Origin: Squalus acanthias
Taxonomy: Eukaryota
DNA length: 64,000 bases
Assembly (NCBI GenBank): GCA_030390025.1
Contig: CM059432.1
Span: 141,486,001 to 141,550,000 of the forward strand
Direction: 5' to 3'
The position numbers and the translations under genes were made by a program. Under the pieces are notes generated by a model, which was given only the letters and a program-made list of their open reading frames with translations, did not search any database and was not told where the DNA came from. Shown one piece after another: positions 54,560-63,757 of the stretch; the first letter of the stretch is position 1, and every line of letters begins with the position of its first letter.

Positions 54560-55001
54560 AGAGACCAGGTGTGGAGCTGGGACTGGGGCAGGCCGGGAAC
54601 AAGACACCAGGAGTGGGACTGGGGTAGGCCGGGAATGAGACACCAGGAGCTGGGAGCTGGGGTAGGCCGGGAACGAGACACCAGGAGCTGGGAGCTGGGG
54701 TAGGCCGGGAATGAGACACCAGGAGCTGGGAGCTGGGGTAGGCCGGGAACGAGACACCAGGAGCTGGGAGCTGGGGTAGGCCGGGACTGAGCTATCAGGA
54801 GCTGGGAGCTGGGGTAGGCCGGGAACGAGACACCAGGAGCTGGGAGCTGGGGTAGGCCGGGACTGAGCTATCAGGAGCTGGGACTGGGGTAGGCCGGGAA
54901 CAAGACACCAGGAGTTGGGAGCTGGGGTAGGCCGGGAACCAGAAACACCAGGAGCTGGGAGCTGGGGTAGGCCGGGACTGAGCTATCAGGAGCTGGGAGC
55001 C
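54560..55001. repeat. 38-bp G-rich intronic minisatellite (AGGAGCTGGGAGCTGGGGTAGGCCGGGAACGAGACACC), about 11-12 copies
   Basis: Directly visible period, with two alternating variants (AACGAGACACC / ACTGAGCTATC). Confidence 0.92.
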
Positions 55002-55479
55002 AGACCAAAAGACAATCTTCAAAATTCGAGTGGTACCAAGAAGTCGCCATTACCAGGAGCAGGCCCAGGGAGGAGGGAGAAAGAGCAGGTGGGGCTGGCA
55101 TTTTAAATACCAGCAAGGGGAGCTGAGCAGAGAAGCAGGGCTGCGGCAAGAAGAAGAGCAGGCGGGAGGAGCAATAGAAATCTCAGTGGTAGAAGCGAGG
55201 GAAGCAAGCAATAGGGATAAGCATTATGTTGAAGGGAAAAACAGCATCAACTGGAAAATGGAAAACAGGAGAGGCTACAGCACCACCAATGAGAGATGGT
55301 AGGCAGAGGCACTACACTGCCACCGGTGGCAGGAGGGCTGCCACTGCATTGTGATGGTTGACATCGCAAAATTTAATGGGAAATGCTGACATAGTAATTT
55401 AAACGTTGACACAAAAGTGTGACCAAAAGATCGTGACAACACAAAGGAAATGAGATTTGTGGACAGGAAATGCAACTGT

Positions 55480-55550
55480 ATCTAACTACTGCCTAACTAT
55501 CTAACTGGGGCCTAACTCCATCTAACTACGGCCTAACTATCTAACTAATG
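55480..55550 (+). promoter_or_regulatory. Tandem CTAAC branch-point-like motif cluster upstream of a 3' splice site
   Basis: Seven CTAAC plus one ACTAAT within about 20-90 nt of the acceptor at 55570. Confidence 0.5.
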
Positions 55551-55570
55551 CCGAACTGTATCTTTTCTAG

Positions 55571-55688
55571 TATGGGATCGTCTTCGATGCTGGATCCCCC
55601 CGTACAATCGTTTATGTTTATAACTGGCCAGCGATAAAGGAGAATAACACTGGCGTAGTCAGTGAGAAGTACAATTGTCAAATCGAAG
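55571..55688 (+). CDS. ENTPD3: ENTPD3-like exon (apyrase conserved region 1)
   Basis: Acceptor TTTTCTAG| and donor G|GTACG; 118 nt, phase 0 to 1. Translation YGIVFDAGSPRTIVYVYNWPAIKENNTGVVSEKYNCQIE(G). Confidence 0.95.
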
Positions 55689-56177
55689 GTACGCAGCTCA
55701 AATCCATTTCAAATGTACCTCCCACTAATTAACAAGGTCACTTAATTAAAAGGTGCTGGGAGCACAATGTGATAAAGGGAAAGAATATCCAGCACCAGCA
55801 GCTCTTAAAGGGCTGTTGGTCACTCTTTAGGTTGTCCTGTTACTGGGGGGAGTTGCGGGGCGGGGGAGTAAAGGCTCCATTGACAGAAAGAACAGCTGCT
55901 TCTTTTGGGTAGCACTCTCTCGCCTCTGAGTCAGAAGGTTGTGGGTTCAAGTTCCCACTCCAGAGATTTGAGCACAAAACCCAGGCTGACACTCCCAGTG
56001 CAGTGCTGATCGAGTGCTGCACTGTTGGAGGTGCCGTCTTTCGAAGGAGACGTTAAACCGAGGCCCCGTCTGCCCTCTCAGGTGGATGTAAAAGATCCCA
56101 TGGCACTATTTCGAAGAAGAGCAGGGGAGTTCTCCCCGGTGTCCTGGTCGATATTTGTCCCTCAACCAACATCACTA

Positions 56178-56425
56178 GTTTGCCTTGCACCATTATTCCT
56201 TTCGTCATGTAATCTCTCCTGCCTTCCACCCTATCACAGACCATCACCTTTTGTTCTTTCCTCCCCTCCACCCTTTCCCTGCCTCTGCATTTGCTTATAA
56301 CCTGTTACATCTCTGTAACTTTTTCCAGATCTGACGAAAGGTCATCGACCTGAAACGTTAACTCTGTTTCTCTCTCTCCACAGATGCTGCCTGACCTGCT
56401 GAGCATTTCCAACATTTTCTGTTTT
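56178..56425 (+). mobile_element. Penelope-like element 3' end / pLTR fragment with hammerhead motif
   Basis: Pyrimidine-rich stretch, then CTGACGAAAGGTCATCGACCTGAAACGTTAACT, then CAGATGCTGCCTGACCTGCTGAG. Degenerate TSD AACATCACTA (56168) / AACTTCGCTA (56426). Confidence 0.75.
56327..56364 (+). ncRNA. Minimal type I hammerhead ribozyme-like motif
   Basis: CTGACGA core, stem II AGGTC/GACCT, GAAA, palindromic stem III ACGT, and stem I AGAT/AACT with one mismatch. Confidence 0.65.
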
Positions 56426-56539
56426 AACTTCGCTAAAAAAAAAATTATTATCTGGTCATTATCACGCGGCTGTCTGTGGGAGCTTGCTGTGCGCAAATTT
56501 TGGCTGCCGCGTTTCCGAGAGCGCATTACAAAAGTGCTT

Positions 56540-56726
56540 GAAACAACAACAGAAAACGCTGGAAAAACTCAGCAGGCCAGGCAACATCCGTGGAGAGAGA
56601 AACAGAGTTAACGTTTCAGGAGTTAACTCTGTTTCTCTCTCCACGGATGTTGCCTGGCCTGCTGAGTTTGTCCAGCGTTTTCTGTTGTTGTTTCAATTTT
56701 CCAGCATCCGCAGTATTTTGCTATCG
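56540..56726. mobile_element. Palindromic Penelope-derived insertion (inverted pLTR ends) with 14-bp TSD
   Basis: Inverted arms of about 75 bp (GAAACAACAACAGAAAACGCTGG...GAGTTAAC / GTTAACTC...CCAGCGTTTTCTGTTGTTGTTTC). TSD TTACAAAAGTGCTT at 56526-56539 and 56727-56740. Confidence 0.8.
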
Positions 56727-56880
56727 TTACAAAAGTGCTTCATTGACTGTGAAGCGCTTTGGGACGTCCTGAGGTTGTGAAATACGTTGTATAAATGCAA
56801 GTTCTTTCTTGATCGTTCTAGAAACTGATGTAGTTTGTGTGATTTCCGCCCCCCCCCCCCCCACCCCCCTCCATCCACAG

Positions 56881-57031
56881 GACCTGCTATTTTCAGTTAT
56901 GGCAGTGAACCTGCACAGGCAGCTCGTTCAATGGAGTATTGCCTCAACATGACAATGGAAAATGTACCCGCAGAGAAACATAACGCTACACCTGTCTACT
57001 TCGGAGCGACTTATGGAATGCGGCTACTCCA
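56881..57031 (+). CDS. ENTPD3: ENTPD3-like exon (apyrase conserved region 2)
   Basis: Acceptor CCACAG| and donor CA|GTAAGA; 151 nt, phase 1 to 2. Translation (G)PAIFSYGSEPAQAARSMEYCLNMTMENVPAEKHNATPVYFGATYGMRLL(Q). Confidence 0.95.
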
Positions 57032-57188
57032 GTAAGATTATCAGATCATTTATTTGAACAATATCGCACTGCGGACCATCTGTCGCCGACAGCAGAGGTT
57101 TCCCGACACTTTACTCGTTGCGCACCCTCTTCCAGGTGTTTCCTCTTGTGGGAGAATCTAGAACTAGGGGGGGGGTCACTGTTTAAAA

Positions 57189-57409
57189 GTAGCCATGATG
57201 TGGAGATGCCGGTGTTGGACTGGGTGGACAAATGTGAGAAGTCGCACAACACCAGGTTATAGTCCAACAGCTTTATTTGAAATCACAAGCTTTCGGAGCG
57301 GCTGCTCCTTCGTCAGAAGTCACTACACCTGACGAAGGAGCAGCGCTCCGAAAGCTTGTGATTTCAAAAAAAGCTGTTGGACTATAACCTGGTGTTGTGC
57401 GACTTCTCA
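57189..57409. mobile_element. Palindromic Penelope-derived insertion with two inverted hammerhead motifs and 12-bp TSD
   Basis: Inverted arms at 57233-57316 and 57329-57411. TSD CACTGTTTAAAA at 57177-57188 and 57410-57421. Confidence 0.82.
57326..57360 (+). ncRNA. Minimal type I hammerhead ribozyme motif
   Basis: CAC-CTGACGA-A-GGAGC(AGC)GCTCC-GAAA-GCTT-GTG: stem I CAC/GTG, stem II GGAGC/GCTCC, palindromic stem III AGCT. Confidence 0.75.
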
Positions 57410-58069
57410 CACTGTTTAAAAATAAGGGGTCGCCCATTTAAGACAGAGATGAGGAGAAATGTTTTCTCACAGAGGGTGGTGAGTCTTTGGAACTCTCTTC
57501 CTCAGAGGGCGGTGGAAGCAGAGTCTTTGAATATTTTTAAGGCAGAGGTAGATAGATTCTTGATGAGCAAGGGGGTGAAAGATTATCGGGGGGGGGGGTA
57601 GGCGGGAATGTGGAGTAATCGGATCAGCCATGATCTTATTGAATGGCGGAGCAGGCTCGAGGGGCCGAGTGGCCGACTCCTGCTCCTAATTCGTATGTTT
57701 CAGCTCTGCCAGCTGCCTAACCAGCATTCAGGTTTAATATTTGAACCCCTTCAATGCCCAAGCCTTGTACATTGGTACACCTGGAAGTAAATGAACTACT
57801 TTATATAACAAATTCCCACAGAGTTTTACAACTTCGTCTGAGTAGCCTATTATAAAAATGCAATGAATTAATAAAATAAAATAATTAATAAATCAATAAA
57901 ACCCACCATTAGACGATTTCTCCCACGTAACTTCCCCCCCCCCCCGCCCCCCAGGGGTTCACATGCCGCAGTTTGGAAACCTCTGGCCTACAGTATCCAA
58001 AGTATACACATCGGGTCATTTAAAACACAAGGATCTCTGGGGATTTCTGGCTCCTGTATGCCATAGGAA

Positions 58070-58268
58070 CGTATGAAGGTAGATGCTCGAAATGGACAAA
58101 GTTTGCAGGGCTATGGGCGGGGTGGGGGGTGGGGGGAGTGGGGAGAGCAAGGCCGGGGGGGGGGGGGGGGGGGGGGAGGGGAGTGGGACTGATTGAAAAG
58201 CTCTTTCAAAGAGCCGGCCCAGGCACGATGGGCCAAACGGCCTCCTTCTGCGCTGTGTGATTCTATGA
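58070..58268 (+). mobile_element. CR1 3' UTR fragment with expanded G-runs
   Basis: TTTGCAGGGCTATGGG...GGAGTGGGACT...GGCCTCCTTCTGCGCTGTGTGATTCTATGA. Confidence 0.7.
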
Positions 58269-58564
58269 TAATGTCCTCGGAGATGCTCTCGCTCCATCAC
58301 CGGAACTTCACCGAAAGGGGCGGCTGGAAACCCCGCTATATTTTTTTTTGCGCCAGAGGATTGCGACCATCTGTGAGGAAATTCCTGGCAAAAAGCAGCG
58401 CCTTCGGACACCTCGCAGAATGGGTATAGCGGTTACAGTACCGGACTAATACTCCACAGAAAGTGACTTCAAATCTCCTATCACTACTGCATTTCTGGCT
58501 GTGTTGCTAATCTCCCCCCTCGAGCCATCTCCTGTTTGTTGGGGCCAATGATATTTATTTGATA

Positions 58565-59132
58565 GCCCTCGATTTTAAAAATTCTCATCCTTGTTTCCAA
58601 GTCCCTCCATGGCCTTGCCCCCACCCACCCCCCCATCCCTGTAACCTCCTCCAGCCCTACAACCCTCCCGAGATCTCTGCGCTCCTCCAATTCTGGCCTC
58701 TTGCGCCTCCCCGATTTCCATCGCCCCACCATTGGCGGCCGTGCCTTCAGCTGCCGAGGCCCTAAGCTCAGGAACTCCCTCCCTAAACCTCGTCTACTGC
58801 TCTTTCCTCCGTTAAGACTCTCATTACAACCTGCCTCCATCTTCTGCCCTAATATCCCCTTGTGTGGCTCGGGGTCAAATTTTGTTTGATAACAAGTCCA
58901 AAGATGTGCGGGTTATGTTGATTTGGCTATGATAAATTGACCCTTAGTGTTAGGGGGGATTAAATACGTGGGGTTACGGGGATAGGGTGGGATATGTGTC
59001 GGTGCAGGCTCGATGGGCCGAAATGGCCTCTATCTGCACTGTGGGGATTCTGTGATTCTGTGAATGCTCCTGTGAAGCGCCTTGGGACGTTTTACTATGT
59101 TAAAGGCGCTATATAAATGCAAGTTTTTGTTG
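58565..59132 (+). mobile_element. L2-type LINE 3' end interrupted by an HE1 3' fragment
   Basis: FKILIL...TIGGRAFS...WNSLP-like sequence and tail GTGAAGCGCCTTGGGACGTTTTACTATGTTAAAGGCGCTATATAAATGCAAG. Confidence 0.78.
58894..59063 (+). mobile_element. HE1-like SINE 3' fragment
   Basis: Near-identical to 46531-46685, ending in ATTCTGTGATTCTGTGA. Confidence 0.8.
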
Positions 59133-59455
59133 CCCAGAGTTCCCCATAGGAAGCTAGAGCTTGAAAATCAGTTTGAAAGCAGAGGTTGCTCAGGCTGCTC
59201 CTGTTCTAACCTTTCCTTCCTGCCTTTCCCTGCCCCTCGGATAAGTCAACCAGCTTTCCTCCTCCACTGCCTGCTCCCTAACTTTCATTGGTGCCTCAGG
59301 GCTATTTTGGCTGCGCGAAACCCATTTATTGTTTTGCAACTGTTAATTTTAAGAGTGTTGAAGAAGCATTTGGTGAGAAAACCAGGGACATAGGGACAGG
59401 AAGAGGCCATTCAGCCCCTCAAACCTGATTCCGCCATTCAAATGGCATCATGGCT

Positions 59456-59902
59456 CAGTCAGCCGTGGCTCAGTGGATAGCACCCTCGCCTCTGAGTCAG
59501 AAGGTTGTGGGTACTAGACCCACTCCAGAGACATGAGCACAAAAACCTAAGCCGGCATTCCCAGTGCAGTACTGAGGGAGTGCCGCACTGTCGGGGTGCC
59601 AGCTTTCAGATGAAACTGAGGCCCGATCCGCCTGCCCTCTCAGGCAGACATAAAAGATCCCACGGCACTATATCGAAGAAGAGCAGGGGAGTTAACCCCA
59701 GTGTCCTGGCCAATCTTTATCCCTCAACCAACATCGCTGAAACAGATTATCTGGTCATTATCACATTGCTGTTTGTGGGATCTTGCTGTGCGCAAATTGG
59801 CTGCCACGTTTCCTATATTACAACAGTGACTACGCTTCAAAAGTACACAATTGGCTGTAAAGCGCTTTAGGACGTCCTGAGAAATGTAAGTTCTTTCTTT
59901 TT
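59456..59902 (+). mobile_element. Near full-length Deu-domain SINE with TSD ATGGCT, inserted in a minus-strand CR1 3' end
   Basis: tRNA-like head (GTGGCTCAGTGGATAG), Deu core and tail TTCTTTCTTT. ATGGCT lies at 59450-59455 and 59903-59908. Confidence 0.85.
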
Positions 59903-60864
59903 ATGGCTGATCTGTATCTTAACCCCATTTGCCCGCCTTGGAATAAATTAGTGAACTGCGTGTTCTGGTTTTGATTTCTGAGCTGAGCCAAAATGCTCTT
60001 TTCCAGTCCTATACCTTCTTACCTTCCTATGTCATACAAGAGCCAGAAATGTACAGAGTGTCCAGGTGGGTGGGACAAGAACATTCTTTGTATCATTTGC
60101 TGAGACTTTAATCTCTATCCCCACCGCCGCACCCCCTCCCCCACACACACCCTAACATCTTATACCCGAAGGTCCACAGGCCTCCTACCTCAAGAGTGAG
60201 GTGGAAGACTCGTCAATTATCCGGGAAGCCCCAGATGTGCCAGGTTCCCGGCCTGCATCCATGGGACCTCAATTTGGGCAGAACCCCATTCCGCCCCGAA
60301 AAACGGCCCCACTGAATTGGAGAAGGTGTGGCCAAGGGGTTGGGACTCTAAACCTGGGAGCTTTCTCTCCCTGGTCCTGGGATCTGCTGGGCCTTTAGTG
60401 GCCTTGGAAGAAACAAGGCTAGGGGAGGGGAAGGGCTCACCTGGGGGTGGGTTTTCAGGCTTGAGTTTCCTTCCAAATTTTCTTTCATTAACTGACGGGC
60501 CACAAATTTTAACTTCTGTGCCTGTGGCACCCCCTAGTGGTGATTCTCTGCGTTTTTCCAGCCCCGCTACACTGCGCCGCCTAGTGGCATAGGCACCCCC
60601 TGGAATGCCTAGAGGGGTCAGCGGCGTAGGTGCCCAGGGCTCGCAAGCCTGGGACTTAAGCTATACCCATGTAATTAGGAAACGATGCAAACTGCGGGGC
60701 GGTGAGGTGCAGTCTCAAGGGGCACTGTTTCGAAAGGGAGATTCACGAGCCACCAGCACGGGGTCGGAAAGAGGGCTGCAATAGTATAGCTCCAATTCTG
60801 CACAGTACCAGCAGCAGAGGCTGGTGAACCTGCCCCTCAGATATTATAAGCAGGAGCTTGTAAA

Positions 60865-61050
60865 ACGATCTGGAACGCGCTGCCTGAAAGGGCGGCGGAA
60901 GATTCAATAGTAACTTTCAAAACGGGAATTGGATATATACTTGAAAAGGAGAAATTTGCAGGGCTATGGGGAAAGAGCAGGGGGGGAGTGGGACTAATTG
61001 GATCGCTCTTTCAGAGAGCCGGCACAGGCACGACGGGCCGAATGGCTTCA
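60865..61050 (+). mobile_element. CR1 3' end fragment
   Basis: GATCTGGAACGCGCTGCCTGAAAGG...GGGCCGAATGGC; similar to 680-850. Confidence 0.75.
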
Positions 61051-61153
61051 ATGAAATAGCCTAGAATAAATCTATCCGCTGTATTTGATGTAAAAAATGT
61101 GTGTATTTCTCTAAACCTGGCTCCACCCCTCCTTCTCTTCATGGAACTATCAG

Positions 61154-61313
61154 GTTACAGAACTCAACAGCCTCAGCCATGATCCTCTCAGCGATTGAAG
61201 ATTACCTCCGCACTTCGCCATTTGATTTCAGAGGAGTCCAGCTTATCTCGGAGAAGGAGGAAGGCGTCTACGGATGGATTACAGCAAATTATTTACTGGG
61301 CAACTTGCGGCAG
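61154..61313 (+). CDS. ENTPD3: ENTPD3-like exon (apyrase conserved region 3)
   Basis: Acceptor TATCAG| and donor CAG|GTTTGT; 160 nt, phase 2 to 0. Translation LQNSTASAMILSAIEDYLRTSPFDFRGVQLISEKEEGVYGWITANYLLGNLRQ. Confidence 0.95.
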
Positions 61314-61514
61314 GTTTGTTCAAAGTTACATTCCTGAAGTACGGAATATTCTGGGTGAATCACTTCACCCCTGTCTGCCGGGTTTCTCCCCTTCCCCTGC
61401 AAGATGTGACTGCTGCCATTCTACAAACCCATAGTTGCCCTTTAGTACCTTCCTCAATCGTTCATTCTAACTGGTGTGAGCCTCGATATTGAGTGCTGAC
61501 AGGGTACTCGATTG

Positions 61515-61952
61515 GAGAAAGACCTCGCATTTATATCATGCCTTTCATCATCTCAGGATGTCGCAAAGCACATCACAGCCAACAAAGTATTTTTGAAGTA
61601 TACCCATTGTTGTAATGTAGGAAACACGGCAGCCATTTTGAGCACAGCAAGATCCCACAAACAGCAATGTGATAATGACCAGATCATCTGTTTTAATGAT
61701 GATGGTTGAGGGATAAATATGGGCCAGAACACAGGGGAGAACTCCCCTGCTCTTCTTCAAAATAGTGGCATGGGATCTTTCACATCCACCTGAGGCAGCA
61801 GGCGGGGTTTAATGTTTTATCCCAAAAGACAGCACCTCCTCCAGTGCAGCACTGGGAGAGTCAGCCAGGATTTTGTGCTCAAGTCTCTGGAGTTGGACTT
61901 GAACCAAGACCTTCTGACTCAGAGGTAAGAGTGCTACCCACTGAGCCACGGG
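61515..61952 (-). mobile_element. Deu-domain SINE
   Basis: Reverse complement of the 59456-59902 family, including the head GTGGCTCAGTGGGTAGCAC. Confidence 0.85.
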
Positions 61953-62254
61953 CTGATTGGAAGGAGCCACAGGTGATCCTGCAGCTGTCCTCACCTAACG
62001 ACCACACAAATTGGCGAGCCATCAAGAGTGGGATCCCGAATTGATTTGCCTGGGGCCCAGAGGCCAACCTCTGCACGCTTGCCAGCACTCCAGCTATGGT
62101 CAGCTGACTCAACACAAACCTGGGACTGTCTGGTCTGCATGGGCTTGGATTATACTCTGCCTTTACCCATTCAACCACTGGGGAAGTGACTGAAATGGCA
62201 GCTCGGTTGAATTTGTAGAAGGTGAGATGTGCTTGTATGTCCTCCGTAAACTGA

Positions 62255-62758
62255 AGGTCAGCCAAAACTCTGCTGCCCGTATCCTAACTCGCACCAAGTC
62301 CCGTTCACCTATCACTCTTGTGCTCGCTGACCTACATTGACTCCCGGTTAAGCAATGCCCCGATTTCAAAATTCTCATCCTTTTTTTCAAACCCCTCCAT
62401 GGCCTTGCCCCTCTCTCTCCCTGTAACCTCCTCCATCCCTACAATCCTCCGAGATCTCTGCGCTCCACCTATTCTGGCCTCTTGTGCATCCTCGATTTTC
62501 ATCGCTCCACCAATGGCGGCCGTGCCTTCAGCTGCCTAGGCCCTAAGCTCTGGAATTCCCTCCCTAAACCTCTCCACCTCTCTACCACCCTTTCCTCCTT
62601 TAAGATGCTCCTTAAAACCTACCTCTGTGACCACCTGTCCTAATATCTCCTTAAGTGGCTCGGTCTCAAATTTGTTTGATAACGCTCCAGTGAAGCGCCT
62701 TGGGACGTTTTACTATGTTAAAGGCGCTGTATAAATGCAAGTTGTTGTTGTTGTTGTT
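62255..62758 (+). mobile_element. L2-type LINE 3' end
   Basis: QNSAARILTRTKSRSPITLVLADLH..., then the tail ...AAATGCAAGTTGTTGTTGTTG. Confidence 0.82.
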
Positions 62759-62829
62759 TTCCTGCAACATTTTCAGATTTGTCAATATTCATCTCAGACT
62801 TTTATTTTTTGACCCAAATCTCTTGGCAG

Positions 62830-63057
62830 AGACGTACCTGGAGACAGTTGAAACGAACCTTCCCCGTAAAGACCACGGGTACTCTGGATCTAGGTGGAGC
62901 TTCTACAGAAATAGCTTTTGTCCCCGAGCTGCATAAAGTCAAGCGTGGAACCACAATAATCACATTGTACAGTCACAAGTACAAGATCTTCACTCGAAGC
63001 CTGGCATGCTATGGAAGGGACGAAGCTGAGAAGAGGTACTGGGCAAAACTCGTCCAG
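62830..63057 (+). CDS. ENTPD3: ENTPD3-like exon (apyrase conserved region 4); gene continues beyond the window
   Basis: Acceptor TTGGCAG| and donor CAG|GTAAAA; 228 nt, phase 0 to 0. Translation RRTWRQLKRTFPVKTTGTLDLGGASTEIAFVPE...LYSHKYKIFTRSLACYGRDEAEKRYWAKLVQ. Confidence 0.93.
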
Positions 63058-63125
63058 GTAAAATCTTAAAAGAATTCAAACAATTGGCCGAAATTCCTTT
63101 TTGTATTAAAGGAAAGTGTAAACCC

Positions 63126-63395
63126 TGAAAGAAAGGAAAAACTTACATTTCTACAGCGCCTTTCATGACCTCCGGACATCCCAAAGCGCTTTACAGCCAA
63201 TGAAGTACATTTTGAAGTGTAGTTACTGATGTAATGTAGGAAGCACAGCGGCCAATTGCGCACAGCAAGCTCCCACAAACAGCAATGTGATAATGGCCAG
63301 ATTCTGTTGGTTGAGTGATAAAAATTGGACACCGGGGAGATCTTCCCTGCTTGTCTTCAAATAGTGTCATGGGATCTCTTACGTCCACCTGAGAG
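63126..63395 (-). mobile_element. Deu-domain SINE, 3' half
   Basis: Reverse complement of the SINE tail and part of the Deu core. Confidence 0.78.
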
Positions 63396-63757
63396 GACCG
63401 GTGTTTGTTGTAACAGGCTGAGAGTGGTCACAGCGCCACCTCTGGTAAGTAAGAATAACATATTTAACTATTGCAGGCAGGGGTTACCCATTGGTTTCAA
63501 CGCATTGGGGGAATGGCAGCATTCCCGACTCATGGAGCTGAATAAATAGGTATATGTTTTCAGTATTTACACAAAAGGGCCGAATTTGTGTAATCGGACA
63601 GAACATTGTGGATAGCACTTGTGCAAATTTCCGCTATGCGCCCCAGTGGCTGAGACGCTCTGCCAGGGGTGCAGCTTCATATAGTCTGAACTCAGGGTGG
63701 AATGTGATTATAGAAGATTTGAACGTTTACATTATGTATAGGCACAGAACTACACAG

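Larger units (their letters stand above)
55905..56812 (+). mobile_element. Deu-domain SINE interrupted by two Penelope-like insertions
   Basis: Head GGTAGCACTCTCTCGCCTCTGAGTCAGAAGGTTGTGGGTTCAAG and Deu core. The element resumes after 56426 and after 56727; its tail ends at ~56810. Confidence 0.85.
57135..57700 (+). mobile_element. CR1 3' fragment interrupted at 57189-57409
   Basis: Removing the insert restores FPLVGESRTRG-HCLKIRGRPFKTEMRRNVFSQRVV; the CR1 3' UTR follows. Confidence 0.85.

Noticed and set aside
57955..57992. Possible hAT/Charlie-like terminus (CAGTTTGGAAACCTCTG)
   Set aside because: No matching opposite TIR or 8-bp TSD was found.
58115..58190. Long G-runs (also 1076-1106) as regulatory G-quadruplexes
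   Set aside because: Low-complexity runs (the 58.1-kb one lies within a CR1 3' UTR) with unreliable homopolymer lengths and no independent support.
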